A stretch of 64,000 nucleotides of DNA from Salpingoeca rosetta. Taxonomy: Eukaryota > Protista > Choanoflagellata. This document shows, in pieces, positions 14,292 to 33,020 of the stretch (position 1 is the stretch's first letter; each line of letters opens with the position of its first letter). The translations under genes were made by a program, and so were the position numbers. Where the stretch lies: positions 290-64,289 of the forward strand of contig JAWQFM010000013.1 of the NCBI GenBank assembly GCA_033442325.1. The letters run 5' to 3'. The notes beneath the pieces are model-generated. The model worked only from the letters and a program-made list of their open reading frames with translations, made no database searches and was not told the DNA's origin.

Positions 14292-16248
14292 GCACATGAC
14301 TGCGTCGCTGTGGTTGGATGTGCCCACCATGACCATGGATGTGCGTGCCCACAGCTGCTCCTCCCATTCCATCATGTGTGCACCACCCATCATCATCCTC
14401 CAACGATCCTCACACAGTCGCTCCCCCTGTACACACACACACACACATGGCATGTGAGCTGCACAGCTACACTGGTGCACGAGATACAGCAGCAGCAACA
14501 CCAAACACCCACAGCAGCAGCACCAACACATGCACCATGTGGCAACCAATGAATGCGTGATGGGCTCACCTCGCTCAAGCACATGGGAACACTGCATGAG
14601 CACAACAGCGGCAGCTGAATCGGGGAAGTTGCAGCAGCAGCAGCCGGCATGCGAGCCCGCTTCCATCAACATCCTGATGTGTGCTGGTACCTCACCACCT
14701 GTGCATATGTGCATGTGTGTGTGTGTGTGGTTGCAGGCACCATGGATGGGAACAGAACACAACAGGCACAGAGCAAGCCATCATATCAGCACAGCAGAAC
14801 GAGTGATGGACACCACATTCACCACGTGTGCGTGTGTGTCGATGTGTGTGTCCATCATCCCCCCATCAACCCTTCGTCCTCTCGTTCGCTTCATCGCATC
14901 CCATCACTGCCACACTCCATCACACACCAACCAACCACCCATCACCACCCACATACCGTGTGTGAGGCGAGTGCAGCTGGCACGCGTGGCAAGTATCCTC
15001 GACAATCCCTCATCCTGCTGCTTGCGCGTGTGCATCGCCTGTAAGTGTGGTTGTGTGCGAGCACCAGCATGGTGAGTGGGAGGGAAGGAAGAGGGATCAT
15101 TGACATGTGCGCAGTCACACTGCTGCTGCTACTGGTGATGCTTTGCGTGCATGTGTGTGTGAAGAAGAAAGGGAAGAGAGAGAAAACAGAACACAGAAGG
15201 GAAGGAACAAGTCATGCTGCACCCCTTCCATCCATACCTCCCTCTTCCTCACACCACACACTACCGTCCTCTGTCACCAGCCAGCCAGCCACACCACACC
15301 ACACCACACCACACTCACCCAACATCCCCCACCCCACCTCATTCCATCCATCCATCCAGCCATCCAACACACCATCTCCTCTCCTTTTCCCTCTTCTTCT
15401 CGCCCTCACCTGCTGCTGCTGCTGCTTGCGGAAAATGCAACTTGTGCTGTCGCCACCTGTTCCCAGCTGCAAACAGCCAGCTTCCGCCAGCAGCAGCAGC
15501 GGGCGATGGCTTGGTTGGTTGGTTGGTTGGCTGGGAAATGTGTTCAGCAGCAAGTGGTGGTGGTGGCGCTGCTGCTGCTGCATCGGCGGTGGAGGGTGTA
15601 TTGGTTGCTGCTGTTGTTGTTGTTGTGATGGCCGCTAGGGAGGGCGAGAAAGAGAGGGAAAGACGAGCAGCGACTGCAAGGTGGAGAATGTGCAGGTGTG
15701 TAAGCAGTCGTGTGTGTGAGAACGACGAGTGAGACACTGCATCAAGCAAGGCAAAACATGCGGCCGCACCACACACACATGCATGCACATCCATGTGGGA
15801 CAACAAGGGGAGAGACAGGAGCAACAGAGACAGCGAGCACAAAACATGCACACTGGTGCTGTGCACATCATACACACACACACATATTGCAGTGATGCAC
15901 TCACGTTGCTCATCGCTTGCTTGCTTGCTTTGTGTTGTGGTGTGAGTTGGTGTTGCTGCTTCCGCAGCCGCACAAGGGTGGCTGGATGGTCATCACATGG
16001 CAGCGCCCGTCTGTTCATCCCACCACAGCAGTGGTGGCTGGTGGAGGGGGAGGGGTGACAGCTGCTGGCTCAAGGCCCTCTGTGTGTGGCGACAGCAGAA
16101 AGAAGGAAGGGGAAACGAGCAAGTGTGGAAGGTGGTGGTGATAGTGGTGTTGAGGATGGGAAGGGAAGGATGTGAGCAAACACACAAGAGAAAATGAGGA
16201 GGTGGTGATGGCGTGTGGGTGGATGGTGGAGAAGAGAACACGCACGTC

Positions 16249-16325
<77 letters not shown>

Positions 16326-16431
16326 GTCTGGGTGATGCAGTGGTTCGAGTACCAATCGTCTGTCAGCACGCAGTCATTGTTGGTTGGTTGGGGGGTTGGT
16401 TGGCCCACTGGCTCACGCATCAGCCAGCACC

Positions 16432-16465
<34 letters not shown>

Positions 16466-17610
16466 GCTGCTGATGATAATGGAATGCACCCATCTGCACG
16501 CACCACCAAAAACAAGTAAGCAACAACGGCAGTGAGCAGTGAGCAGCATGTCACAAACAGACAGAAAGAAGAAAGACAACAGAAGGAGGAGGAGCAGAAA
16601 CACAACCCCGTGCACACACACACACATGTATACACATTGGCTGTGATGCTGGTTGATGTCATTTTCCCCCTCTCTCATGTGTGTGCTGCTCACTGGTTGA
16701 GAGGTTGCATGATCCATTCTCAGGGTCGCCGCTGCATGACGGTGGCTGATGGCACTTGTTCTGTCACCACACAATGGTGAGCAAGTGTGAGAGTGTGTGT
16801 GAGTGTGTGTATTGGTGTGTACCACGCAGTGGTGTGTGTTGGTATGTGATCCAACCACCCATGCACGGATGGATGGTGGTCCACCTGTGTGTGGCTGTGT
16901 GTGCACGATGACAGCGTGCGCTGTGTTGTTGTTTGTGTTGTTAATGGTGGCTGTTGTTGCTGTGCGCAGTGTGCAAGGGGAAGAAGGGGAAGAGGAGGAG
17001 CACGGAGTGAGTGGGAAGAAGTGAGTGCACTCAATCTCACCCTCACCTGTCGATGGATGGGTCATTCATGTGGTCATTGGTTGGTTGGTTGGTTGGTTGT
17101 GCGTGGTTCATCACAGGAGAAGGAAATGGACAACGATGGAAGGATGGAAGGATGGGAGAAGGGGAGAGAAGGGGGAGAGAGACGGTGCGCACACCCTCCC
17201 TGCACATGTGCATGTGTGTGTGTGTGCGTCAGCGAGAAGGACGACGAAGGGAAGGAAGAGAAGGAAGGAAGGAAGGAAGGAACGTGGCACGCACAACCAC
17301 CAATGTGTGCGTGTGCGTGTGCACGAATCAATGACACATCCCCACCTCACCTCACCTCACCTCATCTTCATCTCAACTCACCGCATCTCTCACCTGCCTG
17401 TCAGCGATGACGACGACCATGGTCACCATCACCATTCCCACCACCATCACCATCACACACCAGCTGCTGCGCAGAAGAAGAAGAATGAAGCAACGGCGAG
17501 TGGATTGGTTGGTTGTTGTTCGCTCGTTTCTGCTTGCTGCTGCTGGTTTTTTTGGTGTGTGTGCGATTTTCCTCCTCTTCCTCTTCTTGCTTGCTTGCTG
17601 GCTCTGCCTT

Positions 17611-17617
17611 GATAAAT
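17611..17617 (+). promoter_or_regulatory. TATA-like element (GATAAAT) at about -28 of the 5S gene
   Basis: AT-rich element at the position typical of Pol III upstream TATA boxes. Confidence 0.4.
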
Positions 17618-17638
17618 TGCCTGTCTTCCTCCACTGTC

Positions 17639-17757
17639 GGCAACGTTCATACCAACGGGATCACGCCCGCTCTCGTCCGATCGCGGAAGCTAAGCCCGTT
17701 TGGGCCCGTTCAGTACTGCCGTGGGTGACCAGGCGGGAATCACGGGTGATGTTGCTC
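17639..17757 (+). rRNA. 5S rRNA: 5S rRNA gene (solitary)
   Basis: GGCAACGTTCATACC...CTCGTCCGATCGCGGAAGCTAAGC...AGTACTGCCGTGGGTGACCAGGCGGGAATCACGGGTGATGTTGCT aligns with the eukaryotic 5S consensus. Helix I is GGCAACGTT/GATGTTGCT. Box A (AGCTAAGC) and box C (GTGGGTGACC) are present. About 119 nt. Confidence 0.95.
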
Positions 17758-17772
17758 TTTTCCTTTTTTTTT
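17758..17772 (+). terminator. RNA polymerase III oligo-T terminator of the 5S gene
   Basis: TTTT followed by CC and T9 immediately after the 5S 3' end. Confidence 0.85.
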
Positions 17773-17990
17773 CTCTCTTCCATATGGGGTTGCTGCTGTA
17801 GCTGCTGTGGTGCTGCTGCTGTGGTGGTTGCTGTCTCTCCTCCTCTCTCTTGGCTTGGCTTGATTTGGTTTACTTCTTCTTCTTCTTCTTTGCTTGCTGA
17901 CTGAGTTGCTTCAACTTGGGGGTGACGAGGTGGTGGCGTGTGTTGGCTCATCTCCCTCTCTCTTGTTGCTTGACTGTAGCGTTGCTTTGC

Positions 17991-18048
<58 letters not shown>

Positions 18049-18229
18049 TTGCCTGACATCGTGTCTTCTCAACGCGTTTACTTCCATGTACTGACGCAGA
18101 GGAATCACACACAGGTGGGCTGAACTAATGAACTAGTGACAGAGCTGATCTTGGTTACGCTGTTAAGACATCTTCGTCCTCTCCTCATCCTCCTCATCCT
18201 CATCATCACACGCAAACACATCACATGGG

Positions 18230-18454
18230 GGCATTGTCCTTGGCCGTCTTTCGTCGGTGGGCGAGGGGTGTTGCACCATACAGACTCCTGCATCACATCG
18301 TGTGGCGTGTCATTGGGCGTGCCGTACGCCAACCCTTCCACTTGCATCTTCCCCCTGCGAGCATTTGCGTGTTTGTGCGCATGAAGGTGTTGGTGGTGGC
18401 AGCAAGATGTTATGTGAGGTGACCGCGCTGATTCGCACCCCTGCGCACGATCCC

Positions 18455-18548
<94 letters not shown>

Positions 18549-18876
18549 ACATCTGCGACGCGTTGTCGCCACTGAACAGGTTGATCCTGGCAGACTCCAA
18601 GTGCTGATAGCAGCAAACAACACAGACAAGACACACGAGTTGGCAGATGGTGAGAGTGGTTGAATGGACACGAGAACAAGCGAGAACGCACACACCACAC
18701 CATACTCCCCATACTCACTCCACAACTCCTTGTGCCAACAACGTACTCCCTCACCTGTGTGCACTTGGGTGGAGAGGGACTTGAAGAACTCCTCAAACAC
18801 AAACACAACGCGTCTCTGCATCATCTCCACCACCTCAACAGGGATCGACCGCAGGATCCTCGGAAGCTGAACACAG

Positions 18877-18975
<99 letters not shown>

Positions 18976-19430
18976 AGCGACGTGACATGCAAGCCATCAC
19001 GAAGCACATACCCCATTAAAGCAACATCATCCGCTCACGCATCGCTTGACATCCCCATGTCACCGATCTATCACCACACCTCGAGGAGCCTGTGTTCGGG
19101 GAATGCGGATGCTGAACGTCTCCCAGTCCAGCAGGCCCTGGTAGGGCTGCAAGAATGCAAAAAGCAAACGCCAGAACATCACATCACTGCGCCATGAGCG
19201 ACGGGAGGGGTACATCCACACAGTGATGTGACACACAAGAAACACACACACACACACAATATAATCCATCCATACGCACCAGCGCGTAGTGATCGACGAC
19301 AATGACGGGGATGGCACCCGCAACCATGATCTATGAGGCATGAAGGGGGATGACAGGAGATGGAAGGCGGATGATGAGCACAAACAGGACCGAAATCGTC
19401 TGCAACACACGCACACACACACACACACAC

Positions 19431-19467
<37 letters not shown>

Positions 19468-20925
19468 CACACACACACACACCTGAAGGAGTGGTAGCCA
19501 ATCCTTCAACGATGAGCCCAAACTTGGTCTCCAGCGCCAGCTCTGTGTATGTGTACTTGTTGAGCTCTTCCTCTGCCTGCTTACACGAGAGGTCATACCC
19601 AACCTTTCCCCTCACGGCCCATGCGCTATTCGCCAAACCACCGGCACGCGCACACCAACACAATGTCCCTGCGCATACACAAGCAAACACAGGCGATGTG
19701 TGTGTGTGTGTGTGAGGTGGTTCCAGACAGATACACACACAGCACCAAAACAAGTTGACTCCGAGGCAACACACAACACACGCACACGGACACGGAACGA
19801 AGTAACACACAACACTCGCACGCGAAGCACACCTCACCTGTCGTTGTGCAGCTTGGGGAGGTGGTTGCGCATGGCATCAGAATGAGCAGACTTGATAGTG
19901 CGTCTGCACAACAGGGAAAGAAGGCACACGTCAAGCAGCCGCACCACAACAGGGTTGGAGTGAGATTGCAGTCACGGCACAACAAGAGCGAGCGGTGGTG
20001 CAATGAGCGACACCAGCCCCTCTAAACCCAGCAGCAGCAGCAGTGAACATCGTACCACGTCACAACACACACAGCACACACGTGCATGCACAGACCAGTA
20101 GATGACGAGGTATTTCCTGTGTGTGTGTGGGCGAAACGCGTCACTGCTCCGGTGTGAATGAATGTCACCATGGAGAAGAGTGGCATGGACACATCGAGGC
20201 CGTCACGGTGGTGGAATTCACTGAGGTTGTGTGATGAGATGGAACAGACAGGATTGGTGAAGCGTGTCAGCATCAGCAGTCGCACATGGTGCGTACCAAC
20301 CCAAGATGCATTTCCGTTCCAAAACACACACACACACACACACACGCCTACCTGTGTCAGCATCGTGGATTGACGAGGAGGAGGTGATGGACGAGCCAGG
20401 GCATGTCATGTGCAAGTCGTTGCCAGCCAACACACACCATCACACCACTTCTGGAACAGACAGCACGGCTGCGCCCACCGCACTTGCGGCTGCATCGACG
20501 ATGAGGATGGATGGCGAGTTGCATGGAATGCCGTCGCAGGAAAAGGTCCTTGTCCACAGCCACGCCGCTGATCCACTTGCATCCGCCGTGTAGCAGCTCA
20601 TCAAGCGTGGTGGTGTCTGCTGTGTTCGTGCTGCGATCAGTGGTCACACCCGTCGAGGAGGGTGTTGTGAGCCAGCCAGCACGCCGCCTGCAGTGCCCAC
20701 TTGGCTCAACCGGCTTGCAGACTATTGATGGTGGTCGTGTCATCCACTGCTGCTGTCACTGTTGCTGTCACCGCTGTCATTGCTGTTGCTGTTGTTGATG
20801 GGCTGATGATGAGCACAGAGGTGGTGGGAGTTGCATCAAAAGGAGGGATGCCGTAGATGAGGCTGTTGCTGGCGACGACGCCACCAACCCTAATCGCTAT
20901 TGCCAGTGCCCTTGCCGAGTGCATC
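18230..20925 (-). pseudogene. Exostosin-like (GT47) glycosyltransferase, frameshifted
   Basis: Exon remnants follow EXT1 order: HRDGLDVSMPLFS, MRNHLPKLHND, SCKQAEEELNKYTYTELALETKFGLIVEG, GCHPVIVVDHY, QPYQGLLDWETFSIRIP, LPRILRSIPVEVVEMMQRRVVFVFEEFFKS. At ~19500 a 1-nt deletion breaks VEG(F)GYHSFR, and the 5' exon is disrupted. Confidence 0.75.
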
Positions 20926-21584
20926 TTGGATGCTGTTGCCAGACGGTGGGCTGACTGACAGTGTTTTGTGGCTTGTAACACACATGTATGCAAACGGACC
21001 AAGACGGAGACCTGCCTCTCTGTGATTATTCACTGCCTGCTGGCTGGCTGGCTTGCCGTGCATTTGTCGTGCTTTTGTCCCAGTTGCAAGCAACACAGCA
21101 GTTGATACCGCCTTCCCTTTCGTTCCTCCACGCAGAGCACTGCTCCTTGTCAAGCCGTTCGCCCCTGCCTGTGCATGCCTGTGCGTGTCTGTGCCTGTGC
21201 GTGCTTGTGCGTGTCTGTGCGTGTGCGTCTGCCTTCCATCACACAGCAGTGAACCCTTTCAACAACGAAGTAGAAAAGTGCTGACTCGGCACAATTCGGT
21301 TTTTTTTTTGTTTGGTGGGGAAGAAGACAAGAAGGAAGATGCCGCGCAACGGCAGTCACAGCGCTCCTGGTGTTTCGTGGCACTGTGCTGTGTGTGCTGC
21401 TGTTCAGCCGCCGTGGCGAGCGTCGTCTCAAGCTCAAGTCCAATGCACCAACCTCCAAGATCAAGGTGTGTGTGTGTGTGTGTGAAATGACTTGCGTGCG
21501 CATCCCCTCGTCCCATCGCTGCGCTCACCTACCAACACCTCTTCCCCTTCCCCCCACACACACGCACACTCGCACACACCGCGC

Positions 21585-27300
<5,716 letters not shown>

Positions 27301-28599
27301 CGACAGCAACCAGGTCAAGGCATCGGATGCTGTTGGCTCTTGGACCACCACGGCGTTGTTGGAAGAGATGCCAGCAGCGTTGATGGTTGTGGTGGGAGTG
27401 CACACCATGGCAACAGCAGCGACAGCTGATGTGGTGGTGGTGGTGGTGGTGGTGGTGGTGCTTGCATTCCTCACGAGTTCCAGCAACAGCAAGGAGGTGG
27501 CCATCGTGATTCTGGTGGGCATGCGTGTGCTGGCTGTTGTTGGTGCCACCGCTGACAACAGCAGCTGCTGCGATGCGTGACAACGGCAGTGAAGGAGGAG
27601 GTGGATGTGTGTGGGGTGCATGGCACGCAGTCACCCTTCCTTTGTGGTTGGCTGTGCAATTGGCGTGTGTGCACACCGATGACGGCGATGACGAGACGGC
27701 TGTCAACCAAATCACTTCCCACCTGAGGAACCACCGCATCGTGGCTGGTACACGCGTGCATGTCTTTCTTCCTTCAGACCGGCCATCGACAGAGCAGCGT
27801 TGCAGTGCGCCATGCGGTGTTTGATGATGCGTCGTTGTTGTTGCCACTGCGTTGGCTGTTTGTTGACACGTATGCCGTGCATACTGAATTTCCTTCCTTC
27901 CTTCTTTCCTTCCTTCCTTGCTTGTTGTCTCTTTGCTCTGCCACTCTCCTTTGTCAGTGATGTGTGTTTGGTTGCTGGTTGCCGTGTTGTGGTGATTCTG
28001 CCTTGCATGTTCAATCGTTTCCAACAGTAATACATTGGGGGCAGAGTCAAGACATGAAGAGACGACAACAGCCCTCACACACGGGCACACAGTCAGCACC
28101 AACACGCACATCCAAGCAAGAGAGGAAGGCAGAACCAGAGACACAGCACAGCTCAAGATAACAGCCACATCGCATGGTGCCACTTGCAGTGCAGCCAAAC
28201 AACAAGACAGCAGTCATCCGCCGACGACCACCCGGGGAAAGGCAACGCCACAGCACATTCCCTCATCGACGTGTTTCTGTTTCCTGAAGGATGGTGTGTT
28301 CGTTCGCTGAACACAATCAGGAAGGTTCCTCTGAGTCGACTTGTCCCGGTTCGTGGATGAAGATATGGCAAGTAGTCGTGGCTGGAGAGCAATGGTGTAA
28401 GTTTTCACATGCTTTTCTTTTAATTGGAGGGGGTGTGAGCTGTGTAATTCAGTCAGGCGCATGCGCGTGTGCTCACCACCATACCCACTCATAACACTCA
28501 CTCACAACGCGTACTCACACACCACGCATACACGCACGGCGAGGCAGAGAAGCAGAGGAGAGCTTGCTTTCTCCAGCAAACACCTCGGAAGCAGCAAAC

Positions 28600-29436
28600 A
28601 TGTTTCGCTGTAAAAGTTTGGAGGTGGAGGCCTTGCTGCAACTGACTGATTTGCCGTGTTCTGACAAGGAGAAGATCAGGGCCATCGCCAATAACACGTG
28701 TGGGAGCTGGGTGGGGTGAGTACAAACAGAAACCCGTTGTCACATCTGAAGATTGAATAATCACGTGAAGGACCTTCGACATGTGCTCTTCTTTGCGCTA
28801 TGTGCCCTTATGTCGTCTGTGAATGTTGTCACACTCGGTGTATATGTGTGCGTGTGTGCTTGTGGCACTGCCGGGACGCACGAAGAGCTTCTCTGCTTCT
28901 ATATGTGTCAGGTTGTGACTTTGCACCGGTCTCGTGTTTGCCCTATCCTCATTCTCTTGTTCGTTGTTCCACACAATTCGGAATTGCAGGTTTTCTCTTG
29001 CTCGCCTTTGCGAAAGTGGGGCGTGCGCGGTGGCCAGGGCGCTCAAGAACAACACCTGTCTCAGAACACTGAAGTACGTGATGATGTGGACTACGTCGTG
29101 CGACACGCATGGTTGATGTGGGTGTGTACATGTTGCGCCTTCTTTCTCCTTCCTCTTGTCTCTTCTCGCGCACATTCAGGTGCTCATCAATATTCCCTGC
29201 GTTTCTGCGTGCACAGCCTGCATTTGAATTCCGTCAACGATGAGGGCGCTGTGGCACTGGCAAGGAGACTGAAACACAACACCTCCTTGATGTCACTCGA
29301 GTGAGTGCGGACACACGCATGGAAACCACTCACTATAAACGTGGTGCATTTTGTCTGTGTGTTGTGTGTGCGTGATGGTGTATGTGTGTGTGATGGTGTG
29401 TGCGCTTGTGTGTTGTGTGTGTGTGTGCGTTTGTGC

Positions 29437-29472
<36 letters not shown>

Positions 29473-29995
29473 GTTGGCTATTGTGTGTGTCAGATCTTCG
29501 AAGAAGAGGTCCCGATCTGCAAGGACATACCCCTCGCCATACCCTCAAATCCTTTTATGCCTGGGTATAATACAGACGAGCGTACGTGGCTTACCGAGGA
29601 GCAACGAGCCAGTTTAGGGAACTAGATGGCGCGTCTCCCGGGCCCAGTGATGGGTATGTCTCGCATAGCCATTCCCCTAATAGCGCGCTCTGGCTTCTCG
29701 CCCATGCACGACGTGAAAGACCGAGGTTCACGCTTACACTGCAAAGCCTTCAATAGCTGTTTCCGACACGTTATAACCCAAGCAGCGTCAGAAACGATGC
29801 CCCCACGGGTGGGTGACATGCGGCGATGTGAATCGAGAGATAGCAACCACTCTCGCCGTAATCTATTGTCGGGAAGACTCGGGCTCGCTGCTCGGGCGAA
29901 TTTCTTTAAGCTATAAATCTCGGGCCAGTCTGAGATCTTCGAAGACGAATACGGTTTACGCACCGCATAACGACCAGTGTGTGTGTGCGTTTGTG

Positions 29996-30033
<38 letters not shown>

Positions 30034-33020
30034 TTTGTGCATTGTGTGTGTGCGTTTGTGCATTGTGTGTGTGTGTGTGTGCGTGTGTGTGTACGTTTGT
30101 GCATTGTATGTGTGAATGCAGAATGCAGTTACTGTATCTCACCCACTGTGCTTGACACCCTCTCATTGCTCCTGGCCATCCTATGCGCTGTGGGCAATAT
30201 CCACTCCACCTTTGTCTTGCGTGCGCAGGCTGCATCAGAACTCCATCAGCGATGAGGGCGCTGTTGCATTTGCAGAGATGCTCAAGCATAACACCACCCT
30301 CAAATCGCTCAAGTGAGTGAGGGCTCACATCTCTGAATGTACCCGCTGTAAGCATGTGTGTGCTTATGTGCGTGCGTGTGAGTGTGTCTTTGTCTGTGTC
30401 TGTGTGCACGCATATTGTTTGCGAATGCAGACTGCAGTAGCTGCGTTTCACTCAATGTGCTTGACACCCTCCCAATGCTCCTGGCCACCGTATTCACTGT
30501 CATCAACCTCCACTTCACATTCCTCTTGTTTGTGCAGGCTGCATTATAATCACATTCGTGATGAGGGTGCTGTGGCGCTTGCAGAAATGCTGAAGCAGAA
30601 CACCAACTTTAAATCGTTCAAGTGAGCGAGGGCACACCTGTATTGAATGTATTCGCCGTGAGCATGTGTGTGTGTGTTGATGTGTTGATATGTGTGTTAA
30701 TGTGTGCGTTAATGTGTATGTGTGTGTGTGTGTGTGCGTGTGTGTGTGTGTATGTGTGTGTGTGCACATGCATATTGTATGCGAATGCGGAATGCAGTTT
30801 CTGCGTTTCACCCATTCTGCTTGACACCCGCTCATCACTTCTGACCATCGTATTCACTGTCGTCAACCTCCACTCCTCCTCTGGCTTGGATGCACAGCCT
30901 GATGAGCAATCAAATCAGCGATGTCGGCGCGATAGCGTTGGCGGAGATGCTCAAGGTCAACACGAGTCTCGAACGCCTGTTGTGAGTCGAAACCCTGCTC
31001 CCCCCAACCACTCGACAGGGATGGATACCATTGAGCTTGTTCTTGCGAGTATCGTTGACAGCTCAAGGCACAGCCCGCTATGTGTGAAGTGTGCGCATCA
31101 CTGCAACATGAGTGCTGTCACATGTTGTGCAATCAGTTTGTTTCCTGTGCATGTGCCTCTACCACCGAATTGCAGGCGCGCAAGGTTGCACCGTGCATGA
31201 CCTAGCCACGACGCGGCGTCGTTCGTGGTGTTCACATGTGCTGCTCGCCTTCAATTTGCCGCCCCTTTCCTGCTCCCTCACTCGTTCCCTTCCCGCATGC
31301 ATTCCTTGTCATGTTTAGCTTGGACAGCAACTCCATCACCCCAGTTGGAGGCGCGGCGCTGGGAGCTGCCCTGGGCCACAACCGCACACTGAAACAGCTT
31401 GAGTACGCCGATTGCACTACGTTCACCTCATGCATGATCGCGTCCCTCATTGCGGGCAACGCGATCAAGCACGATGGCTGAGTGCATGCTACAGCACAAC
31501 ATGGTGCATCCGGCTTGCATGTCCGTGCAGAGCCACAAAAACCAACTCGTCACGCATGTACCACATTCCTCCCTTCGACTACATACCACCATGCTGTATG
31601 CCGTTCAGGATCCAGAAGAACTTCTCCCCCGAAACCGCCCGCGCTTTTGGTGCCGCGCTGCCCGTTCACCGAGTGATCCTCACAACCTGGTCAGTGAATG
31701 CATGTTCTCATTCCATGTTGATGCTGTGCACTTTGGCTCCCTCGCTCGCACACTGACTGCGTTGCGTTTGTGATGATCGTGTCCCATCCCGTATGTGATT
31801 CTGTGTTTGCAGGTCTGACGACAAGGAGGGCAAGGCCGCCTTCATCAAAGCACGCAAGGAGAAGCAGCAGCAGCTGAAGCAACTGTTTGTGGCTTGCAGG
31901 GGTGGCGATGTTCCCGCTGTCACTTCCTTCATCAACCAAGACCATGCAGACATCAACGAACAGGATGAGCACGTGTGTTCATGAAATATGAAGGGACTGG
32001 TTTGTTGTTCCACTGCTCGCATGCTCGTGCTCGTGGGTTCTCACCATACGTGCTCCGTGTCCGTTTCTATTCAATCTACACAGGGCGACACGTTGCTCCA
32101 CATCGCTTGCAAATACAGCCAACTTGCCATTGCGAACCTTCTCCTCGAACACGGCGCCAATGCTGTGATCGAGAATGACGAGGTGAGGCTCACCCCTCCC
32201 CTTGTGTTGAGCCCAATAATAATGTGGGCACTGGTTCCTAGGTTCCTTGCTCGACGCTGTCGTCTCCTTTGTACTTCTGCCAAACTTTCCTTCCGCTATC
32301 TCCCACCTTCTGGTGATTACATTACTGCACGTGTTGACTGCACGTGCTCACGTTTGCAGGGAGAGACGCCGTACGATTTGGCTGAAGCCGGTGGCCACAC
32401 TGCCATCACCAGCATTGAGGAGATTCTTGCTGGCAGCAAGCTTCATGAGCAAGAGTCCTCGGACCAAGCTGTGCGTTGTGTGTGTGTGTGTGTGTTTGTG
32501 TGTGTGTGTATGTGTGTTTGTGTGTTTGTGTGTGTGTGTGTATGAGTGTTGCGTGTTGTGTTTATGTGTGCGTGAGTGTTGTGTACATGCGTGTGTGTAT
32601 GTGTGTGTGTGTGTTGTGTATATGTGTGTGTATGTCTGTACAGGGATGCAAACGCATGCAGGCGTGATTGCTCCTCCTCCACTTGACGATCACACCCTCT
32701 TTCATCAACCTTCTTGCTCATTCGCGTTGCAGTCATCTTCAACCGAAACCTCCGCTGCACCACCGCATCCAACCCCTGCTTCTTCTTCATCATCCCCATT
32801 TGAGCCCGAGCTGACAGAATGGCTCAAGCGCCACTCGCTGCTGCCGCACGTTGAACCAGCCTTGGTGGAACACGGCATCGATAAGCTGGACGTGCTGGTG
32901 GAGGCCGTGAATGACGGCGATTTGACGAAAGCCATGCTGAAAGAGGCCGGTGTCAAGATTGGGTCGGCAATCAAGCTGATCCAAGAAGCAACGAAGTGCT
33001 CCCTGGCAAGTTCTGAGTAG
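28600..33020 (+). CDS. LRR (RI/NLRC3-like) - ankyrin - SAM protein, 12 exons (28600-28716, 28990-29073, 29217-29300, 30229-30312, 30538-30621, 30898-30981, 31319-31402, 31609-31689, 31813-31971, 32084-32182, 32360-32470, 32733-33020; the last four approximate)
   Basis: 28-aa LRRs such as LHQNSISDEGAVAFAEMLKHNTTLKSL. Ankyrin repeats GDTLLHIACKYSQLAIANLLLEHGAN and GETPYDLA. SAM-like ELTEWLKRHSL..LVEHGIDKLDVL..LKEAGVKIGSAIKLI. Confidence 0.85.
29471..29976. mobile_element. ~500-bp compositionally alien insert inside an intronic TG-rich repeat, with 13-bp direct repeats AGATCTTCGAAGA (29492-29504, 29933-29945)
   Basis: Abrupt loss of microsatellite texture, an exact 13-bp direct repeat, and absence from the paralogous neighbouring introns. 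No transposase is seen. The left boundary could be 29471 or 29491. Confidence 0.5.
29626..29916 (+). CDS. Orphan 96-aa ORF within the insert
   Basis: ATG..TAA lying entirely between the two direct repeats. No recognisable homology, so it may be non-coding. Confidence 0.2.
   Translation: MARLPGPVMGMSRIAIPLIARSGFSPMHDVKDRGSRLHCKAFNSCFRHVITQAASETMPPRVGDMRRCESRDSNHSRRNLLSGRLGLAARANFFKL

Noticed and set aside
29492-29976. RNase P, group I/II intron or hammerhead ribozyme identity for the insert
   Set aside because: Only short scattered matches (e.g. ATAACCCAA, GTCTGAGA) in the wrong order. No catalytic core motifs found by eye.
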